Shown piece after piece: positions 56,150-64,000 of a stretch of 64,000 nucleotides of DNA. The notes below the pieces were generated by a model. It was not told where the DNA came from and did not search any database. It was given only the letters and a program-made list of their open reading frames with translations. Source of the stretch: the human T2T-CHM13v2.0 reference genome, Homo sapiens; NCBI RefSeq assembly GCF_009914755.1, contig NC_060929.1, one strand, 5' to 3'. The first letter of the stretch is position 1. Every line of letters starts with the position of its first letter. Both the position numbers and the translations under genes were made by a program.

Positions 56150-56640
56150 TGTAGTGGGTATTCTCTGTGGCCAACCAGCATCCGAACTCCCTTTCTCTTG
56201 GAGGGCTACCCAAGCTGAGGTCTCAGTGGAGGCAGGGAGTCTCTGCAGGAGGAGGCTTATTCCCACAGAAAAGTGGGAAACTTACTTTCTCAGCCTCCCC
56301 TACAGCTAGGATTTGGACAAGTGACAGGCTCCATCAGTCAGACCTGGACCAGAGAGCCAATGACACAAAAAGCAGAGACGGCCTGGAGCCTGCTCTGGCC
56401 CACAGAGACACAGCCAGTTTCCAATAGCAGAAATGATTCTAGTGTCAGCAGCCAGTGAACACTGGAGTCAACATGGCATCTTCATGGGGCCAATCTGAGA
56501 CATGACTTTGGACCTAGTACCCAGCTGTGAAGCCTGGGGAACCCATGACTACTCAGTATTCTTAACACAGCTTCTTTCTGCTGCTGAAGGATAGCCAGAG
56601 TTGGTGTCTGTTGCTGCAACTAAGAATCTTGACCAAGACA
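56150..56640 (+). mobile_element. ERVL solo LTR (LTR16/LTR33-like) inserted in a MIR
   Basis: TGTAGTGG start and GCCAGAGTTGGTGTCTGTTGCTGCAACTAAGAATC...ACA end; MIR pieces at about 56085-56149 and 57285-57400. Confidence 0.65.
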
Positions 56641-56653
56641 CAGGAAATATTTT

Positions 56654-57269
56654 TTAAATTTTTTATTTTAAGTTCTGGGGTGCATGTGCAGCATGTTGCT
56701 ACATAGGTAAACATGTGCCATGGTGGTTTGCTGCACCTGTCAACCCATCACCTAGGTGTTAAGCTCCACATGCATTAGCTATTTTTACTGATGCTCTCCC
56801 TCCCCCTACACCCCGCAACAGGCTCCAGTGTGTGTTGTTCCCCTCCCTGTGTCCATGTGTTCTCATTGTTCAGCTCTCACTTAGAAGTGAGAACATGTGG
56901 TGTTTGGTTTTCTGTTCCCGCGTTAGTTTGCTGAGGATAATGGCTTCCAGATCTATCCATGTCCCTGCAAAGGACAAGATCTTGTTCCTTTTTATGGCTG
57001 CATCGTATTCCATGGTGTATATGTGCCACATTTTCTTTATCCAGTCTATCGCTGATGAGCATTTGGGTTGATTCCATGTCTTTGCTATTGTGAATAATGC
57101 TGCAATAAACATGTGTGTATGTATCTTTATAATAAAATGATTTATATTCCTTTGGGTATATACCCAGTGGTGGGATTGCTGGGTCAAATGCTATTTCTGG
57201 TTCTAGTCTTTGAGGAATCACCACACTGTCTTCCACAGTGGTTGAACTAACTTACATTCCCACCATCAG
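56654..57269 (-). mobile_element. 5'-truncated L1PA (older primate L1)
   Basis: L1 3' UTR plus ORF2 C-terminus (MFIAALFTIAKTWNQPKC..., frameshifted); TSD CACAGGAA(A/C)TATTTT at 56639-56653 and 57270-57284. Confidence 0.93.
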
Positions 57270-57894
57270 CACAGGAACTATTTTCAACTCTGCTTACAGA
57301 TGTAAATACTGAGGCGAGAGGTGTTAAGTAACTTGCCTAAGGTCTAAGAGCTGGCGAAAGACAGACCTTGGATTCAAAGCCAAGTCTGCCTAATTTCAGA
57401 GCCCTTGCCCTTCATGTCCACCTCAGAGCACCCCTGCGATATTCCATATCACTACAGAACCCCTCAGGCCTTGCAGTGTTGCAGGAGGATGCAGGGCACT
57501 AGGACAAATGCCCCCAATACACTCTGGACCTTCCAGTTTAGGGAAAGTGAATTAATATTTTCTAAGCCCTTGATGCATTTAATCTATTTAAATTCCTATG
57601 AGTGCCTTGAAAGGTAGTCATCATTATCACTGTTTTACAGCTGAGAAAACCAAGACTAAACAAATGAGGTTATTTCTTGCCCAAGGTCACACCCAATTCC
57701 AGATAATTCCAAGCCTAAGCACTTTTGTCTCCTGTTGCCTGTCCACAAATTCTAGGTCCCTATGAGGAGCTATAAGTTATGGCCATTTTTTCTGTCTGCT
57801 GATGTCACACAATAATGTGGGAAAGAATAATGTAATCATTGAAGGTTTGGGGCTAGAGCGAGTATCTTTTGCCTCGTTTAATATTCTTGACTCA

Positions 57895-59790
<1,896 letters not shown>

Positions 59791-59814
59791 TCAAAAGTGA
59801 CAGTGAAACAACTA

Positions 59815-60417
59815 CTCTAGAAGACAAAATAGTGCCCCTCCCGCCCACCAAAAGATGTCTACATCCACATCCTAATCCCTGGAACCTGTGAATATCACAT
59901 TATATAGCAAAGGATCTTTGCAGATCTATCAAATTAAGGATATTGAGAGGGGGAGGGTATCCTGGATTATCCAGGTGTGCTGAATGTAATCACAAGGGTC
60001 CTTATAAGAGGAAGGCAGGGAAGTCAGAGGTAGGGGAGTAGATGTGATCGGGGAAGGAGAGTTATGTGCATGTGAGGGAGAGAAAAGGGAGGAAGAGAAG
60101 TACAGATGGAGAGAGAAAGGGGGGCAGGGAGAGAGAGAGAGAGAGAAATGGAAAGATTCTATACTGCTGGCTTTGAAGATGGAGGAAGGGGCCCTGAGCC
60201 AAGGAATACAGGAAGCCTTTAAATGCCAGAAAAGGCAAGAAAACAGATTTACCTCTAGAATCTCTGTAGGAGACAGCCTACAAAAATGACTCCTTGATTT
60301 TAGCTGAGTGAGACCGGTTTTGGACTTCTGACTTCCAGAAAGGTAAGGTAATAATTTGTGTTGTATTAAGCCATATTGTGTGATAATTTGTTACAGCAGC
60401 ACTAGAAAATTATTACA
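59815..60417 (+). mobile_element. MaLR LTR (MLT1D-like)
   Basis: CCTAATCCCTGGAACCTGTGAATAT...CCTGGATTATCCAGGTG...GGCTTTGAAGATGGAGGAAGGGGCC...TTTGTTACAGCAGC...TACA. Confidence 0.85.
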
Positions 60418-60554
60418 ACCAGTAAGGACTGTATATTAGTAAAAAGGAAACTAGGCAGATTGAGTTCAATGTAACCAGATCACAGAGGCTACAATTAGTA
60501 AGTTAATCATCACAAGGTTATTTCAATTTAAAGATATTATTCTCTCAACTTCTG

Positions 60555-60745
60555 ACCTTTTCCTTTTTTCCCCTTGTTTTTCCTTCCTTCTTCCCTCCCT
60601 CCCTCTTTTCTTCCTTCTTCCCTCCATCCCTCTTTCCTTCCTTCTTTCTCTTTATTTTTCTTTCTTTCTTTTCTATTTTTCTTCCTTCCTTTACTCCCTT
60701 TCTCTCCTTTCCCCCTTTCTCTTTCCCCTTCCCCTTTCCCGTTTA
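60555..60745. repeat. CT-rich low-complexity tract
   Basis: Nearly pure pyrimidine strand. Confidence 0.9.
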
Positions 60746-62674
60746 CGGATTTACCCGAGCTACCTAGAATAGGGTCTGGCATAAAGTAGGGGTTTGAGAA
60801 ATATTGGGGGACCATGTAGAATGCATGAATAAATGAATAATAAGTTTTATGCCACTGTAATTGTTGCTCGTTGGTAGGTAATTGGATTTTTCATCCTGGT
60901 CATTTTGAAGGCTTTCTTTGTATCCTGGGTGTTTTTACTATATCCTATGGTACATCTAGGTGTGCATTAATTCTTATTTCTGCTGCTGGACTCATTTGCT
61001 TCCTAACATAAGGATTCATGTCTTTCCTCAATTGTAGAATATTCTCCAGCTTTTCACTCATGTCAGTTGTGGAAGAATAAGATATTTTTCCTATAACTAA
61101 AAAATGTCTTTAAAATAACTGAATCTTTTTTATTTTAGTTGGAAAATGTGTTGTTTTCTTAATAAGAAAATGGGAAATATCAAAATCACAAGCTGTAGTC
61201 ACAATTTGAAGTAAACAAATATGATTCTCTGCAATAACAATGTACCACATGCAGTTCCCTAAAACAAATATTCATGGTTTCAAGTTCATAAGTCAGCAGT
61301 CCTTGGAAACATGAAAAGAAGAAACTATTGTGTATTACAGAAAAGTTTTTCACTCTTGTTAGTAAACTAAAAGATGAATGGCTAACCTAGTATTCTGTAT
61401 CCTTGAAAGCTCTACTGGAGCTGTCTTCTCATTCTATGATTTTCATTAACTGTTCATGAAACACATGTCCTCTACTTTTCAACGACAATTGTAACAAATG
61501 TCCATTAAAATTATTCAGGGATTATGATAATTTAGTTCCACACCACCATTCTTCCTATTCTCTATTTCTAGAATTTGTCTGCATGCTGGACTTTTGCTTT
61601 CTATTCTGTGTGCTGCTTAAACTCTTGTGTGTTCCATCTTTATTTTCTGAATCTCTCTCTGCCATTATCTAGATAATTTCCCCAAATCCATCTCCTAATT
61701 AATTCTCTCTTTAGGAGTGGCTGGTTTGCTTTTAATGCAGTCATTGAGTTTTTAATTCAGTGCCTACATTTTTATTCGTAGAAGTTTTATTTGGTTCTGT
61801 TCAAAATGTTTTAGTTAATTTCATTGTATTCTATTACTTCATTATGGTTTCTACTTTTTTCTTTGTTTTTTAACAATGTTAAAGAGGGCTTATTTTATAG
61901 TTCTTTTAACATTATTGAACTCCGATTATCCTATTAGTTAAGTCTGATGACTCTCAGTTATTGTGGATTTTTTCCTTATTGCTTTATGGTTTTCTTAGAA
62001 GGTACTCATTATTAGTAGGGATTTTTTTTTTAAAAGCAGTTCAGTACATCCTAGATTATGGGAGTATTCTCCCATACAGTTTGCTTCTGTTGGGTACCCT
62101 TAGAAGTTCATAGGCCCAAGACCAGTGTTTAAATTTTCAGAATGAGACTCCCACAACACATGGTGATATAAATTCAGATTCAACATTTGCAAGTGATCTA
62201 GGCTTCAGGTTTCTGGATTTTTTCTTAGAAGACATTGGAGTTTTCTTACTGATTCATTTTGCCCTGGGAAAGAGCTTTTGTTTTAAATGGAGGACCAGTC
62301 CTTTATGAAAAGTTCTCACTAACTACTCTTCAACTGATGCAGGTCCCATGTATGGTCTTTAAAAGCTCATCCTAATAGATAGGGTCTACAGCCAGATACC
62401 ATCATGACCTGGAGAAATACTGTATCAGCTTAAGCACAACAGGCTAGTACCTACCTGGCATGAAAGGACATCCCCTTATGAAGTAGGAGATGAAAGTAGA
62501 TGCCATCCATTCGATGTTTCTACTAAGTCTTAGTTTTTTATCTGATGATTAGAACTATTTATGGATCCTACATTAAATTGTTGAAACCCATAAGATAAAC
62601 GACAGTGAATAATGCATTCCATAGTTGAGCTTTTTATTTGAACTTAAGGACACATAGGAAAAGAATTCATTTAT

Positions 62675-63177
62675 GGCTGCTGTGGTGTTGTCCCATGGGG
62701 AAGGAAGATGGATTTGTCAACCCCGGAGCGAGGTTCTCCCTACCCGAGGCTGCTGCCGTGTGGAGATCCCCTGGGTGAAACCATTGTCGCCATTGACCAG
62801 GAGGCAAAACCTTCAACTGAGGACTTAGGGAATAAGAAGGAAACAAAATACATTAAACTCAAAGTCATTAGATGGGATAACAGTGAGATTCACTTCAAAG
62901 AGAAAATGACAACACATATCAAGAAACTCAAAGAATTATACTGTCAAAGAGCGGTCCAATGAATTTACTCGGGTTTCTCTTTGAAAGTCAGAGAAGTGCT
63001 GATAATCATATTTCGAAAGAAATGGGAATGGAGGAAGAATACGTGATTGAAATTTATCAGGAACCAATGGGGTCATTCAACAGTTTAGATATTCTTTTTA
63101 TTATTTTTCTTCTGCCCTCAATCTTTAAAAATGTTTTTGTAATGTGTTCAAAATGAAATTGAGACTGGAAACCCATC
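62675..63177 (+). pseudogene. SUMO1P5: SUMO1 processed pseudogene (SUMO1P5 by recall of its position near PRDM6; number not verified)
   Basis: Intronless match to SUMO1 5' UTR, CDS ([43 protein letters not shown]) and start of 3' UTR. Original ATG lost (ATT at 62792), frameshift near 62950, di-glycine motif destroyed near 63068, parental TAG at 63086-63088. Confidence 0.93.
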
Positions 63178-63297
63178 TTTTTTTTTTTTTTTTAAATGAA
63201 GGCAAGTTTATTAGAGAAGTGGAGGAACAAAAGAATGGCAACCCCGTAGGCAGAGCAGCCCTGAGGGCTGCTAGTTAGCTATTTTCATGGTTATTTC
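63178..63297 (-). mobile_element. Polyadenylated ERV1-type LTR fragment
   Basis: T16 at 63178-63193, TTTATT at 63207-63212, then AAAAGAATGGC...GGCAGAGCAGCCCTGAGGGCTGCT...ATGGTTATTTC, which I recall from MER4-group LTRs; subfamily uncertain. Confidence 0.6.

Positions 63298-64000
<703 letters not shown>

Overview
Primate (most likely human) genomic DNA, not microbial. Bases 1 to about 21 kb hold the 3' end of PRDM6 on the + strand: a 177-bp exon with two C2H2 fingers (6846-7022), the last coding exon (13787-13901) and a probable long 3' UTR with several poly(A) signals out to about 20.96 kb. The rest looks intergenic and is dominated by Alu, L1, L2, L3/CR1, MIR, MaLR/ERVL LTR and DNA-transposon remnants, with a SUMO1 processed pseudogene near the right end. 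Nearly all entries in the ORF track are spurious or repeat-derived. I see no new multi-gene system. The best second-look items are retrotransposition oddities (an Alu joined to a polyadenylated non-repeat segment, a polyadenylated LTR fragment, a two-LTR MaLR provirus nested in a MIR nested in an L3) and possible PRDM6 3'-end regulation. Repeat subfamily names come from my recall of consensus sequences, not from a search, and boundaries of old repeats are approximate.
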